DNA from: Entomortierella parvispora E1425
Lineage: Eukaryota; Fungi; Mortierellomycota
Assembly: GCA_020891255.1 (NCBI GenBank)
Contig: BQFW01000008.1
Coordinates: 1,984,001 to 2,048,000, forward strand
Reading direction: 5' to 3'
Length of the DNA stretch: 64,000 nucleotides
In this document: positions 24,510-37,018 of the stretch, piece after piece
How positions within the stretch are numbered: position 1 is the stretch's first letter
How the letters are laid out: each line of letters begins with the position of its first letter
Translations under genes and position numbers: made by a program
The notes under the pieces: model-generated
Told to the model about the DNA's origin: nothing
Database searches by the model: none
Seen by the model: the letters and a program-made list of their open reading frames with translations, nothing else

Positions 24510-25796
24510 GTGTCTGACGAAGACGATTCTGCAATTGCTGATCGTGGGATGCTTCTTGTCAGAGTCCTTTACACCTTTTCGATGGCATCCAACCTTTATC
24601 CAACAACAAAAAAAAAAAAGGAGTGGAAAGTAAAGAAAGGAGAGAGCGACACAAGGCTATTGTCAATGGAAGTTGGAAGCTGTGTGTGTATGTGTATGTG
24701 TCTGTATCTGTGTGTGTAACAGAAAAAAAATCTCTCTGAGTATGGCTTTCCACGTACTCTTCTTTGTGCCTGTGAATCCTGAGGTGTTCCTGCGGCAAGA
24801 TCTGGTCTGGTAAGCAAAAAAAAAGACAGAAAAAGTCGATAGCAAGAGTGCGAGTGAGGACGACAGACTGGACGATGGAAGGGACGAGAGCCGTCAATGA
24901 GGGGTTGAAGGAAAGGAGAAGAAGCCTCCCAAAAAAAAAGGGCGATCAGGTTTCGACTCAAGGATCAAAAAAAAAAAAAAAAAAAAAAAGGGTGGGGACA
25001 GTCGGTGCGAGAAAGGTCGACGACGGTCCAGCGTTCAAGGACTTCGAGCTGTCAATGAAATGGATGGATGGATGGATGAATATACAAATGAACAAATGGA
25101 GATTAGGATAGATAGACGGATCGACAGATGGGCAGATGGGAAATAATGAATAACGGGAAATGCGCCTTTCCTCCCAGACGCAATGACCATTGCCCATGCA
25201 CACACTGGGAGGTTGTCTGTCCGTGGTCTGTCAGCACGTTAGGGCGGGGCCTTGGGACACGTAAAAAAAAAAAAAAAAAAAAAAAGCACGGAGCCTTGAG
25301 AGCAATGAATGTCAATGTGTGTCAGTCCATGGCATGGGAATCGAATGAACAGCAATCCCAGCTGGGAACCATGGGCCAAAAAAAAGGGGCCAGGGAGGGA
25401 GAAAGCGACAAGGCGCGCGGAGGAAGGGCAAAGAAACACAAAACACGCTGCCCTCTGTGCACTTGTCATGCACACGCGATCGACGCGTCGGCAGCACAAA
25501 TTCTGTTGTGGTCCTGAGGCACCAGTCAAAGTCGCGCCTCGTGTTCACTCATTCATTGTCCGAGCCAGGTTCATTTTCGTTTTTTTTTTTCGTGCAAAGT
25601 ATTTATGGGCACGAATCTATGAACTAAATATATCTTTCTATGCTTCGCTGGAGTGAGTGTGGACCGAGAATGATTTAAGAATACAATGGAGAGTAGAAAA
25701 TGCAAAAGGGAGTGGAGAGGAGGGATGAAAAGAAAACAAGAAGGAGGGATGAAAGGTATCTTTTTTCACGCAGGAAGCATGTCACGCGTTCCTGCT

Positions 25797-28700
25797 TTAG
25801 TCGGAATCGGTATCTGGGGGGTGGGGGGTACCCTTGTCGCTGGCAAGCCACTCCAAATGGCGAAGACGGCGACGAACCTCCTGAGCCTTGATATCATTTC
25901 TCGACTTCTTCTTCTTCTTGTTAACAACCACAATGGGCTTGTCCGCATCCTCAAAGTTGGATTCTGCGACGGCAGTCTTTCCGTTAATAGTAAGCTCTCC
26001 CGCGTTGACAGTCCATGTCTCGGGGCAAAGTGCCGACAAGAACTCAGTGTTGTGAGAAATCATGATAACAGCTCCACCCCAGTTGCGGATGGCAACAGCC
26101 AAACCTCCAAGGGACTCGCGATCCAAGTAATTGGTAGGCTCGTCCAGGACCAACATATGAGGGTTGTTCCACATGGCGGCGGCAATGACAACCTTAACCT
26201 TCTGTCCACCAGACAAACCACTAATCATGTTGTGATCAGCAATATCTCCATCGAGACCAACGTCCTCCAAATGCTTGCGGATCGAAGCTGGCGACAAATC
26301 ACGGTATCCAAGACCTTCGCGCGAGGCCTCACGATCATCGAATTGACGAACAAGCTTATCGAATCCAAGCTCGAGCAATCTCTCACGGGGCAACCAGGAG
26401 TTGAACTTGTGGACGTGGTTCTTCCACTTGATCTCATACTGGTAAGACTTCTTAAGCTTTTGACGGCCCATAATCATCTCAACTTGACGCTTGCTGCCGT
26501 CACCTCCAATGACCCAGGTATCCATCTGGACCAACTCTTCGGGAGTCATAACAGCGGTGGGCTTCTCTAGCACCTCACGATCGGCACCGCCCTGGTAACG
26601 CCACTGAATATAGGCGTTAGGGGTCTTCTCCAAATGCTGTTCCAAATGGTGGAAGGCGTGCTGGGCAACATAACCGATACGGAGGTTAGGATGTCTCCAG
26701 ACAGTGCCCTCTTGAGGGTAAGTCTCGCCAGTCAACAACTTGATCATGGTCGACTTTCCAGCACCGTTAGGTCCAATAACACCAACACGGGATGAAAGCG
26801 AGAGCTGGACAGAAACGTTCTTCATCGAGGGCTTGGTGGCACCGGGGTAAGTGAACGTGCATCCGGTCATCTTCATGATAGCCTTTGTGTTGGACTTGAC
26901 TCCGACCAAGAACGATGGCTTAGGGAACTCGAACTTGACGGTGGTGGCGGCCAAAGTGTAGTACGACTTTGCCTCGGGCTTGACCTTGACAAACTCGGAC
27001 AAGTTACCCTTATACATCTTAAGCTTCTTGCGCTCGTAGTGAAGAATGTTTGTGCAAACATTATCGAGGAATCCAGAGTCGTGAGAAACAATGATTGAGG
27101 TGACGTTGGTCTGGCTGTTAAGGTAATCCTCCAACCACTTGATGTTAGCAACATCCAAATGGTTAGTGGGTTCGTCCAACAAGAGAATATCGGCGTTCAT
27201 CAACATGGCGCGGGCCAACTCGAGCTTCATCTTCCATCCTCCAGAAAGAGACGAAACAGTGTTCTTTTGCATCTCTTCGTTGAATCCGACGGTCAGCAAA
27301 GCATTCACGACGTCGGCGCGGGGGGTGTCGGCGAGCTTAACGTCCGAGGCAACAAAGTCGACAATGGCCATCTCTCCTTGGTCGCCCTGGAGCGAGTGCT
27401 CGACAAAAACAGTTCGGAGAACATCGGACGAGGGGAATCCATCCAATTTTCCAAGAGAAATGGCTCTCATGAGAGTGGACTTTCCAGCACCGTTGGGACC
27501 GCAAAGACCATAACGATGGCCACGGTGGAGCTTGAGCTTGGTGTGGTTCAACAACATCATACCACCGTAGGCAAGCGAGAAGTCAATGTTGCAAAGCTCC
27601 TCGCCTTCCTCCGTCTCCTCGACATACTTGGAACCATGCAACTTCTTGTCCAACTCGACATAGTGTTCCACGACAGTGTTAACGACGGCAGAGGCATCGG
27701 CGGTAGGCATAAAGGCAGCGAGGTAAGGGCTGAGGATGGAAATCCACTCACGGGGAGACAAGTTCTCCTCCTTAATCAGAACAACAGTCAAGGCAGCAAC
27801 GTGTGTCTTGACAACGTCAAAGAAGGTAGGGAAAAATCCAAACTTGCCAACGGCCTTGTTCACGATGTTGCAAGCTTCAGTCTCGGAGGGAACAATCGAG
27901 TCAGTCTGGGCAGCAGGGTCGGCCTTGGTGGCACCACCAGCCTTGATAAGGGTGTTTCTGGCAGCTGTAGCAAGGGCACGAATCTCGGGGATGGCAGCGA
28001 TATCAATGATACGCTCAAGACCGGGCAAAAGCTCGGGCAGAAACTGACCAGCCTCGGCGGGATCCTTGACAAGCTTGCACAAGTTGTCGACAATGATGGT
28101 GGTCTGACGCTGGATATGGGACGAGCGCTCGTTCAAGGCACGGACCAAGAGAGGAACCATGATGGCAAGAGCGGGGCCGTTCATGTCAGCCACGAAGGTG
28201 GTGGCAGAGAGCTTCTCCATGACGGCAGGGACTTTGTCGGGATGGGCCATGCAGTCACAGAGATCCTTCAGATGGCGCGCAATATCGGGATTACCACCGA
28301 CGTTGCAGACCTTGAGCATGGTCTTGGTGGCCTGGTCCGAGACCTGGTTATCAATGACAAGAGAGTAGCGGTTAGCTGACTGGCAGACACTCTCCTTTCC
28401 TCATTTCCCCTTCTCTCTCCGCGCACTCTTATCGCAAATGACAAAAAGAAAAAAAATTAAGAATCAAAGTCAGCCCGAAACCCGCCTCTCTCTCTCTCTT
28501 TTTTTTTTGCTCTTGGAAAACTTTTGCTGCCCGTGGCAAAGAAGGGGGAGGGGAAAACCGAGGCCGAGATCGGTGGTGAACCACCAAAGAAAAGACCTCA
28601 AAGTGAGGGGATTGGACTTTAATATACCGCTTGTCAGGGGTCACCAGATAGACGAACGGAGGGGAGACCAGCACAGCCGCACCCAACCATCATCCAGGCA

Positions 28701-29485
28701 CAGACGGATAAAAAGAAAAAAAAGGGAGCACTGCTTTTGCTGTCGCCAATCACAGTGCTGATCTCTTCACATGGGTCTAACAGACACCAAAGAAATAAAC
28801 ATGCGCTTGTCCTTCGCAAGATAAACCAGAAATACCGTTCACCTCCCCTCCCCTTTCCCCTTGATCTAAACATTCGTTATCTTAATAAAAAAATTCTTAC
28901 CTCCTTCTTGGTGTCAGAGAGACAATCCTTGACAACGGGAATGATCTCGGGCAGAGCAATACCGACTTGGATAGGCGAAGCGTTTGAAAGATCGGCCAAG
29001 AGCTGCAAAGCTCCGACCTTGGTTTGCCACTTCTTTCCAGGTCCTCCGATACTCTGGAAGAGAATGGGCAGAACAACAGGGGCTGATTGCGAGGGCAAGT
29101 TGGCCATAATGGCCATAGCGGCTCTTGAGGCAGCATCCTGGACAACAGGGCCCTTGTCAGCATAAAGGTCCATGATCAAGGGCAACATAGGTGTCAAGAA
29201 AGGCTCTGAAGGACGGCCAAGGACATCAGCCAAGGCACAGATGCCAATCAAGGCACCCTCACGGGCAAGGCCAGACTTCTTGTTCTTGCACTCGGCCTCG
29301 AGGTTGACAAGGATGTTGTTGGTCTTCAAAGAGATGAGGCCATCTTTTTGGACCTTAGCGGCCATGCTACGGGCAATGGCGTCACATTCTTCAGATGTGG
29401 AAGCAGTGTAGAGCTGGCTGAGCATCTCGGTGAGCTCGTTCATCTCGGTGCTTGCAGTGCCGACGGGCATTTCGACGGAAGGCAT
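25797..29485 (-). CDS. NEW1: eEF3-family ABC ATPase of the New1/Elf1 type, about 1043 aa. Exons 29485-28901 and 28343-25797
   Basis: HEAT N-terminus, two ABC cassettes (GPNGAGKST, LSGG, DEPTN), chromodomain insert (GRQKLKKSYQYEIKWK). C-terminus RRRLRHLEWLASDKGTPHPPDTDSD matches recalled New1/Elf1 rather than Yef3. Confidence 0.88.
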
Positions 29486-30042
29486 TATGAGAGAAGGAAG
29501 AGGAAAAGGAGCGGGGAGGTGTTCCTATGGTGGAGAACAAAAGCGAGAGGGAGAGGGACTTCTTCTTATGGCAAGAGGGGGAGGGGCGGAGGTTGAGGAT
29601 GCCAAAGAAAGAAGGGAAGGAGGGAGGGGGTCGAGATGCAGGCGGGGGGGAGGAGGAAGAATGGAAGAAAGAAGGAACAAAAAAAACTCGAGGGCAGGTT
29701 GGCCAAATAGGGCCCAATGGGACAAGGCACAGGCACCGAGAGATTGCAGAAGGAGGCAGTCACGAAAAAAAGAAAAAATGTTTTGTTTACCTTGCTCTCA
29801 CAAGCCACTGGCTCTATGGACTTGTTTTTTTTTTTTTTTTTTTTGGTTGGCCTCTCCAGGGGAGGGAAAGGATGAGTGAGGAGCATGTGTGGACTGTAGA
29901 CTTGTTTCGTTCTTTGTTCTTTCATTCTCCCATTCATTACTCTTTTGTTCTATCTCAAGGACAGACTGACCCACTTAGACCGTTGAAAAGAACACACCCG
30001 CCTTCTCGGTTCATCCCTCAATTGCCCTCATTGTCATCTTCA

Positions 30043-31691
30043 ATGTCAACCGTCACAGAGAAGCCTGCCCCCACAGGCAACGGCCTCAACCGAAAGACCT
30101 CTCGCAAGGGAAAGAAGGCTTGGCGCAAAAATGTCGACATTGCCGATATTGAAGAGAACTTGTCTGAGCTCCGGGCTGAAGAACGCACCACAGGGTATAG
30201 ATGGCTTCCGGCGATTGCTCTGTGCAGGAACAGAAAATGAACAGCACAAAAGGTTATGATATCTAACACCTATCCTATTTCCTTTCATCTTGACAGTGGT
30301 AAAGTCCATCTCCAATCGAATGATACACTGTTCACCATGGATACCAAGGGCGATGGCAAAGTGATCAAGGAGCTTCGCAAGAACCGCCCACTTAAGATGG
30401 ACGAGATTTTGTCTGAACGTAGCAAGATCCCAGCTGTCTCTGGTCGCAAAAAGGCCTCCACCACTGTTGCTTCGGATGCCCCTGGTGCCAAGGCGACCGC
30501 AAAGATCTCAAAGTCAGAGAAGGCGAGATTATTGGATATGATTAAGCGAAAGACCTCAAAATCGCTCTTTGCTCCCGTGGATAAGTCAATTGAAGGCTCT
30601 GGTTTGACTGACGCCGTCAAGGCTGCAGGAAAGTTTGATATTTGGGGCGCTGCCGACAACGAGGAGAAGATTGAAGAACCAAATGTGGCTGAAGACGACT
30701 TTGTTTCCGAGATTGTGACCCAAGTGCCCGCTAGGGCGCCCAGGTCGTTCAAATTGAAGCAGAAGGTTGCCCTTCCAGCCGTCAAAGAATCTCACCCAGG
30801 TGCCTCTTACAATCCTACAATGCAAGACCACCAAGGGCTTTTGCGCATCGCTCACAATGAAGAGCTGAGAATCCTGGCCGACCAGCAGAAGGTTGATGCA
30901 AAGCTGGCTTATCCCAAGGAGCTGGACAGCATGGTCTCGTTTGATGACCAAACAGGAGGTCTTTTGGAAGATTCTGACGAGGAATCTGAGGAGGAGGAGG
31001 AGGAGGAGGCCGCTGTCGACGGCGAAGAAAAGCCCAAGAAGAAGAAGGGTAAAAAGTCGATTGCTGAGCGAAACCGCCTTGCTCGTGCTGCTGAGACTGC
31101 CAAGAAGGAAGCTGAGATCAAAAGAAACAAGGAGCTGATCAAGCAAACGAACAGAGTTAACGAGATCATGAAGACGGTCGAGCAGGAGGAGGAGGAAACC
31201 GAGAAGAAGCGCCTGGAGAATGAGAAGAAAAAGGAGGAGAAAGAGAAGGCCGGCATGAAGCGTGTTGGACGATTCAAGTAAGTGAGAACTTATCTCTGTC
31301 GCTGGTAGCATCAAACTGTCGATGCACCATATTAACCGAGATCTTTTTTAAATCAATAGCATCCCCAAGGAGAGGATACACGTCCAGCTCCAAGATGAGC
31401 TCGCAGAGTCATTGCGGCAATTGAAGCCTGAGGGAAGCTTGATGAAGGATCGCTTCCAGAGCTTTGTTGAGCGCAACTTGATCGAGCCCAGAGTCCCTGT
31501 TGCGTACGTGTTCATGTTTTTCAATTCTTTGATATAATAACGACCTATGTGCCTCTCTATGACTGTTCGCTAACTATCCGCATTTCCTTCATGCCCCGCG
31601 TTCACCTGTACTCAGCAAGCGTCGCAGATACCGACTCAAGACATACGAGAAGCATTCTTACAAGCGATTCGACAACCCTAACCACGCCTAG
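30043..31691 (+). CDS. NOP53: 60S ribosome biogenesis factor Nop53/GLTSCR2; 4 exons
   Basis: [30 protein letters not shown], spliced C-terminal [37 protein letters not shown] and YEKHSYKRF. Confidence 0.93.
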
Positions 31692-32366
31692 GGTGCTCAA
31701 GTCCCCTATTCTTTGCCTGTTACCATCGTTATTTTTGTTTCTTTTGCATGCGCAGAAGTATCACCCTCATATCATTCCTGCCAATTGTCATACTCATCTC
31801 CCATCCACGCTCTGCAATCCGCTCATCCCATGAATTGTACAATAAATCATTTTTTCCCCTCTTTTTTTAAAAAATGAAATGGGTCCGAATTTTAATTTTT
31901 AACAGGAGTTTTCTGTCGGGCTTCCATCCAGTGGAGTCGCTCTTCTGATTTGCCCGCCTAAAATATCAAACGTGAAATGACGGGACGAGTATTCAATGAG
32001 GACGGTGGAGGTACGATTGAATTGACCCAACCCTTATTTCGATTCCGAACGAACCATTATTAATTCAATTGCTACCGTTGCGTTGCTTGCACGCAGCTTG
32101 CAAAAAGAAACTGCAGGGTGACGAAGCAGCCGAGCCCTTTCCGAGGCCAACCCACGAGGAAACCCAATCGACTTTTAAAGCAATGTCGCACTGAAGCTCT
32201 TTCTTTTCTTTCTTTTTCCTTCTCTCTCTTTTACTCTTCATCTTTCTTCCATATTCCCTCTCACTCTCCAAGCTTCCCCTGCCTTAAAAAAACATCGACG
32301 CCGCCAACACACTCTCTCTGATCAAGACAAGTACTATCTAACAGCGTCTACACACATATACACAAG

Positions 32367-33312
32367 ATGCCTGCCACCTACACCAAAGTCGAGAAAATCA
32401 CAGATGCAGCTGCGATCAAGCAAGCCTACAAGCCTACCCATCCAGGACAATTCGAGGTCGTTTACGCTGAGGGTGACTACAACTCGAAGTTGGTGACTTG
32501 CAAGTCCTACGCCAAAGGGGAGATCATTGCCAAGGTCGAGGGCATCACTCCAGGACCAAAGCGCTATACCAGTGTTCAGATTGGCAAGGAGGATCATATT
32601 GAACTGAACTCGGACCGTAAGTGCCTCTTCAATTACTGTGCATCAAAGGGAAAGGGGCAAGGATGTGTGTCTTTGTCAACGGCGTGATCGGTTATCAGAT
32701 CAGGAATTTACTGCACATTCGATGTCATTCTATTGTTTGGGACGTTGATCTTCTGCCCTCTGATGCAGTGAAGTGGGAGACAGTGACTCTTGGCGTTGAT
32801 GTTACTTTATTGCATCGGAACGAGTCAGAAGTCGGTCGGGCACATTGAAAGGGGGGGAAAAGAGCTATCGAGCTAAAAAGAAACAAACACTTGTCTACTT
32901 CTTTCTCATTATAGTTGTATTCATGAACCACTCCTGCAACCCCTCAGTTTCGCTTGATACTGACACCATGACGGTGGTTGCAGTACATAATCTCAAAGAA
33001 GGTAATAATGCGTCCTTGCCGCCCTCTGGTTTCTGCACTCATCGGGCAGCAACAACTTGACTGCCAGAGTCCCTAACACCCACTGGTTTTTTTTCTCTCT
33101 TCTTTTATAAACTTGAAGGAGACAACATGACCTTCTTTTACCCTTCAAGCGAGTGGGAAATGGACCAGCCTTTCCCATGCTGGTGCGGTGCAGAGCTGTG
33201 CGTCAAGAGCATCCAGGGAGCGAAGTTCTTGTCCAAGGAGACTATGAGCCGGTACTTTGTCACCAAGCACATTCAGGATCTCCTGAACGAACGCGATGCT
33301 TCTGAGGCATAG
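32367..33312 (+). CDS. Small SET plus post-SET domain protein. Exons 32367-32616, 32915-33001, 33119-33312
   Basis: Splicing gives LVFMNHSCNPS (SET NH motif), MTFFYPSSEW and post-SET FPCWCGAELC. Confidence 0.85.
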
Positions 33313-33750
33313 ATGCAGCTTGTTGCTGCAATGAATAATAAAGAACAAAAAAGGGAGGCTGTACATTCACATAGGCGTTTAGAGAGGGAGAGAGTGAACG
33401 TAGGATACTGTGAAAGTAGAGAGAGCCTGGATCGAGCAAAGCCGAAGGAGAAATAGAGTACACTACTATTCGTCGGGCTTGTCATCCAGTGGACGCGGGG
33501 AAGAGACGGGGATCGATGGATCGAGGAATAGAGGGAGGACGCTGAATTCGCATGTGGGCGGAAGCCCAAGGACTCCGTAGAAGGTTCATCATTCTGCCCC
33601 CCACTCCGGCGCCTTTGCGGGGAGGCGAGCGACTGGTGGCGACGCCGAGCTTGAGTCCGGGGACGACACTGGTCGCAACGGCTTAAAAGGCCGGCTTTTG
33701 TCTTCTTTTTCCTCAAGTCTCATCTCTCCACATTCACATTCAACTCCATC

Positions 33751-34988
33751 ATGTCCGCCATTGCTGCCAACCGCGTTTCTGTCATCATGAACCACCTCTC
33801 CAGCAGTGCTTCCCACCCCGCTGGTCTCCTCGGAGGTCAAGTCGCTATCGTCACCGGAGCTGGGTAAGCAACTACTCTTTTTTTTTCTTTTTGGATGACA
33901 GGTAGAATGTATCGGAAACTAACTCGTCCTTGATCGTCTCTTGGACCTTCAATAGTCAGGGTATCGGAGGTGCCACCGCCCTTCTCTTTGCCAAGGAGGG
34001 CGCTTCGGTCGTTGTCAGTGATCTTGATGAGGGTAAGAAGTCAAGTCTCCTTTACACCCCATCCTTGATCCAACCAGCAATTGTTAACTCCATGTTCTGT
34101 CTATAGCTAAAGGCAAGGATATCGCCAACCAGATCATCCAAGCAGGAGGCAAAGCTATTGCCGTTGCTGGCGATGTGACCGACCTTACTTTTCCTGAGCG
34201 CCTGATCGAAGAAACTGTCAAGTAATGTACTTTACGTCGATCACCTCTGAGAGAAAGGGCTTTCCAACACACGCTAACCAACAATTTTCTGTGGAACTGT
34301 GCAACACAGGGCTTTTGGCAAGATTAACATTATTGTCAACAACGCTGGATTTACCTTCGACGGAATGCTCCACAAGACCACTGACAAGCAGTTCCAGCTC
34401 ATGCTCGAGGTCCACAACGCTGCCCCTTTCCGTATCATTCGTGCCGCCGCCAAGTACATGCGTGTCAAGGATGGTGAGCCCCGCTCTATTGTCAACGTAA
34501 GAAAAACAGGGCCAGTTGGGCTGTCGAGCAGAAAATGAATGTAGAAATGATGTCGTCAGTCAACTTACACGGATTTACTTTTAAAAACATAGGTATCTTC
34601 TACCTCTGGTCTTCACGGAAACGTTGGTCAGGCCAACTATGCCACTGCTAAGGCTGGCATCATTGGATTGACCAAGACCGTTGCCAAAGAATGGGGTCCC
34701 TTGGGCGTCCGTTGCAACACTGTTGCCTTTGGCTATGTCGATACTCGCTTGACCCGTGCCAAGGAGAACGGCGAGACTATGGTTGTCGATGGACAGAAGA
34801 TTGCTTTGGGCATCCCCATGGGCGCAAAGAAGGAGGCTCCTTCCCCAGCTGTCGTCTTTGCTGACACTCCCTTGAAGCGTGCCGGTCAGGTCGAGGAAGC
34901 TGCGGGATCTATTCTTTTACTCTGCAGCCCCTTCGCATCATACATCACTGGACACACCCTTGAGGTCACTGGAGGCAAGGGTATCTAG
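33751..34988 (+). CDS. FabG-like short-chain dehydrogenase/reductase with N-terminal PTS2; 5 exons
   Basis: TGAGQGIG, NNAG, spliced SSTSG…NYATAK (YxxxK), ITGHTLEVTGG. N-terminal RVSVIMNHL. Confidence 0.9.
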
Positions 34989-35140
34989 ATCGCTGTTCGT
35001 CAAGCCAATGTACATAAAATCATATACCTCTCATAAGAAGTTATATAGAGGAAACACAAAGGAAAGCAGGGTGTGTACATTCGAATTACAGCTTATAGAA
35101 ACTAGGAGTTGACAGCAATGAGGTATTTGACGAGATGGTA

Positions 35141-36580
35141 TCACTGCGCACTTGGCTCTGGAATGAAATAGGTCAGAGCTGCCTCCTCTGCGCTGTCGAG
35201 GTAAACGAGAAACAAAAGCGAGTGATGGGGAATCACACCTATGTGAAGCAGAAATAACAGTCAGCTCACTGTTATAATCCTAGAGAAACAGCGATAACCA
35301 ATACATACTGCAGATGACACTTTGGGGCTTCACGCAATGACTTTGCAGAACTCTCTGCAGATCTACAATCTTGACCATGACACTCGCAAAATCTTTGGGC
35401 CGCTCTCGAAGGCGCTGATTATGAGGACCCTCTCCGTCGCCATCGTCATATCTTTCTTCAACAGATGTTAATTGTGGGTTTACCAGGCCTGAGAATTTTG
35501 TCTCGATTTGGGCCTTGGCAGCGATTCCGTATCGCGCATCAATTGCGTGGCTGTCTAGACCTTGCTGATAATGACTGAACGACCGAATTCCATCTGTTGT
35601 CGAAAGCAGCATTTCACCGGAGAGATTGGACGACATGACTATATAATCTGCAATATTTTTGTAGCTCGCAGTAATGTGACGCAGCCGGTCTAGGGGTGGG
35701 AGCATTATATGAACCTCAGGAGGCGGTACCATGGGTTCATCGAATGCTGTCGTAGTCATGGCGCCATCTCTGCTCATGATTCTGACAATTGGCACATCCT
35801 GTGTTATTGTCCGCGAATTTCCGATATGATCCTTCAGAGAACAGCAGATGACAGAAGGGTTCAATGTTAGCATCTCAGACATGGCAACGGTACTGCTTTA
35901 ATACGCCCACTCTAACTCTTACCTCCGATGTGATGGAAAAAGATAGATATGCATCCACAGACTTCCCAGTCATGCGCATGGTCACCGCTGTTGCATTGCT
36001 GCTAGATCTCATCGCCAAAAGGATATCTTCGACTTTCATCTCCAAATAAATTTCATTATCGCAGTTCGACTCGGACTTGTAGTCTGTAAAGAGGTGTTTC
36101 TGAAGTTTAGAATAAACGGAAAGGTAAGGTGTTTGTACAGGAAAGGTATGAGCAGTAGGTCAACAAATAGGTACCTTCGCCACTCGTCTGAAAAGCAGCC
36201 AGCCAAGAAATACAAGGTGCAGGGTCAGGAAGAACGAGTTAGTATCAAAAAAGACGGGTTCCAAGAATAAAACTGCAGTAGGAACACCGAGAACTCTTAC
36301 GACCAACATTGGACTGCACCACCGCCACCGGCTGGATCATTATCACCGACACTATGAATCGCGCCAAAGCAAACGTAGTCCGGCGTAAATTTGAGAAAGC
36401 AAGACTTGCCAATCTTTTCCACTGACTGGGCAAGCTCTATGTGCAAGCAAAATAGGACAGTGACGCCCAAGTTAGTACGTCAGCCCCAAGTCGTTCGAGG
36501 TGAGGCATGCAATGCGGCTGGGACAATGAAAGGTTACTAAAGAAAAGCATGTTTCGCAGGATGGATGCTCGGAGTCTCAT
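35141..36580 (-). CDS. HUS1: 9-1-1 checkpoint clamp subunit Hus1; about 6 exons
   Basis: Spliced MRLRASI…AQSVEKIGKSCFLKFTP…CWSRVAKKHLFTDYKSESNCDNEIYLE, ITQDVPI, LPPLDRLRHI and LTYFIP; PCNA-like clamp pattern. Confidence 0.85.
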
Positions 36581-37018
36581 CCTGGATTAACGAGGCACTA
36601 ACTTGGATGCTGAAAATCAATGAATAGGGTAAAAGAATGTCAATGGGATGAGTGCTGGAGATGCATGTGGATGTTTTAAGGAAAGTGGTGGCAACGAAGC
36701 ATCGCCTTGTCTGGTGGCCACACAAGGACGACTGTTCAGTTGTCACTGCGCTCTATTTTGGTGGCAACGGCCGCTGTCCTGTCTCGTCTCGTCCGTCACA
36801 TCCGTCACATCCGTCTGCCCGTGCAGTACTGGACGCAAGGGGGTCCTTGAGGACGGAGGTGATGAGGACGGGGTGCAGCCCCTTCAGCCCTTGGACCTTG
36901 GACCTTCTGGCGCCAAGTCGTCAAGTCGTCGCTTTCTTCTCTTTTCTTCCTTCTTCTCGCTCACTCTCGTCCATCCCTTGCCTCTTCTCTCACCACTTTG
37001 TTTACTCTTTCCCAGATA

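Noticed and set aside
11588-25284. Long poly(A) runs (11588, 15262, 24968, 25263) as retroelement tails
   Set aside because: No target-site duplications or upstream element bodies; they lie in introns or spacers.
27159-28379. 406-aa antisense ORF over NEW1 (similarly 30586-31314, 47897-48424, 9370-9975)
   Set aside because: Mirror frames of strongly codon-biased genes with no recognisable domains.
36778-36890. TCCGTCACA tandem copies plus GTGATGA as a snoRNA or repeat element
   Set aside because: Only two to three short copies and no downstream D box; likely promoter or UTR sequence.
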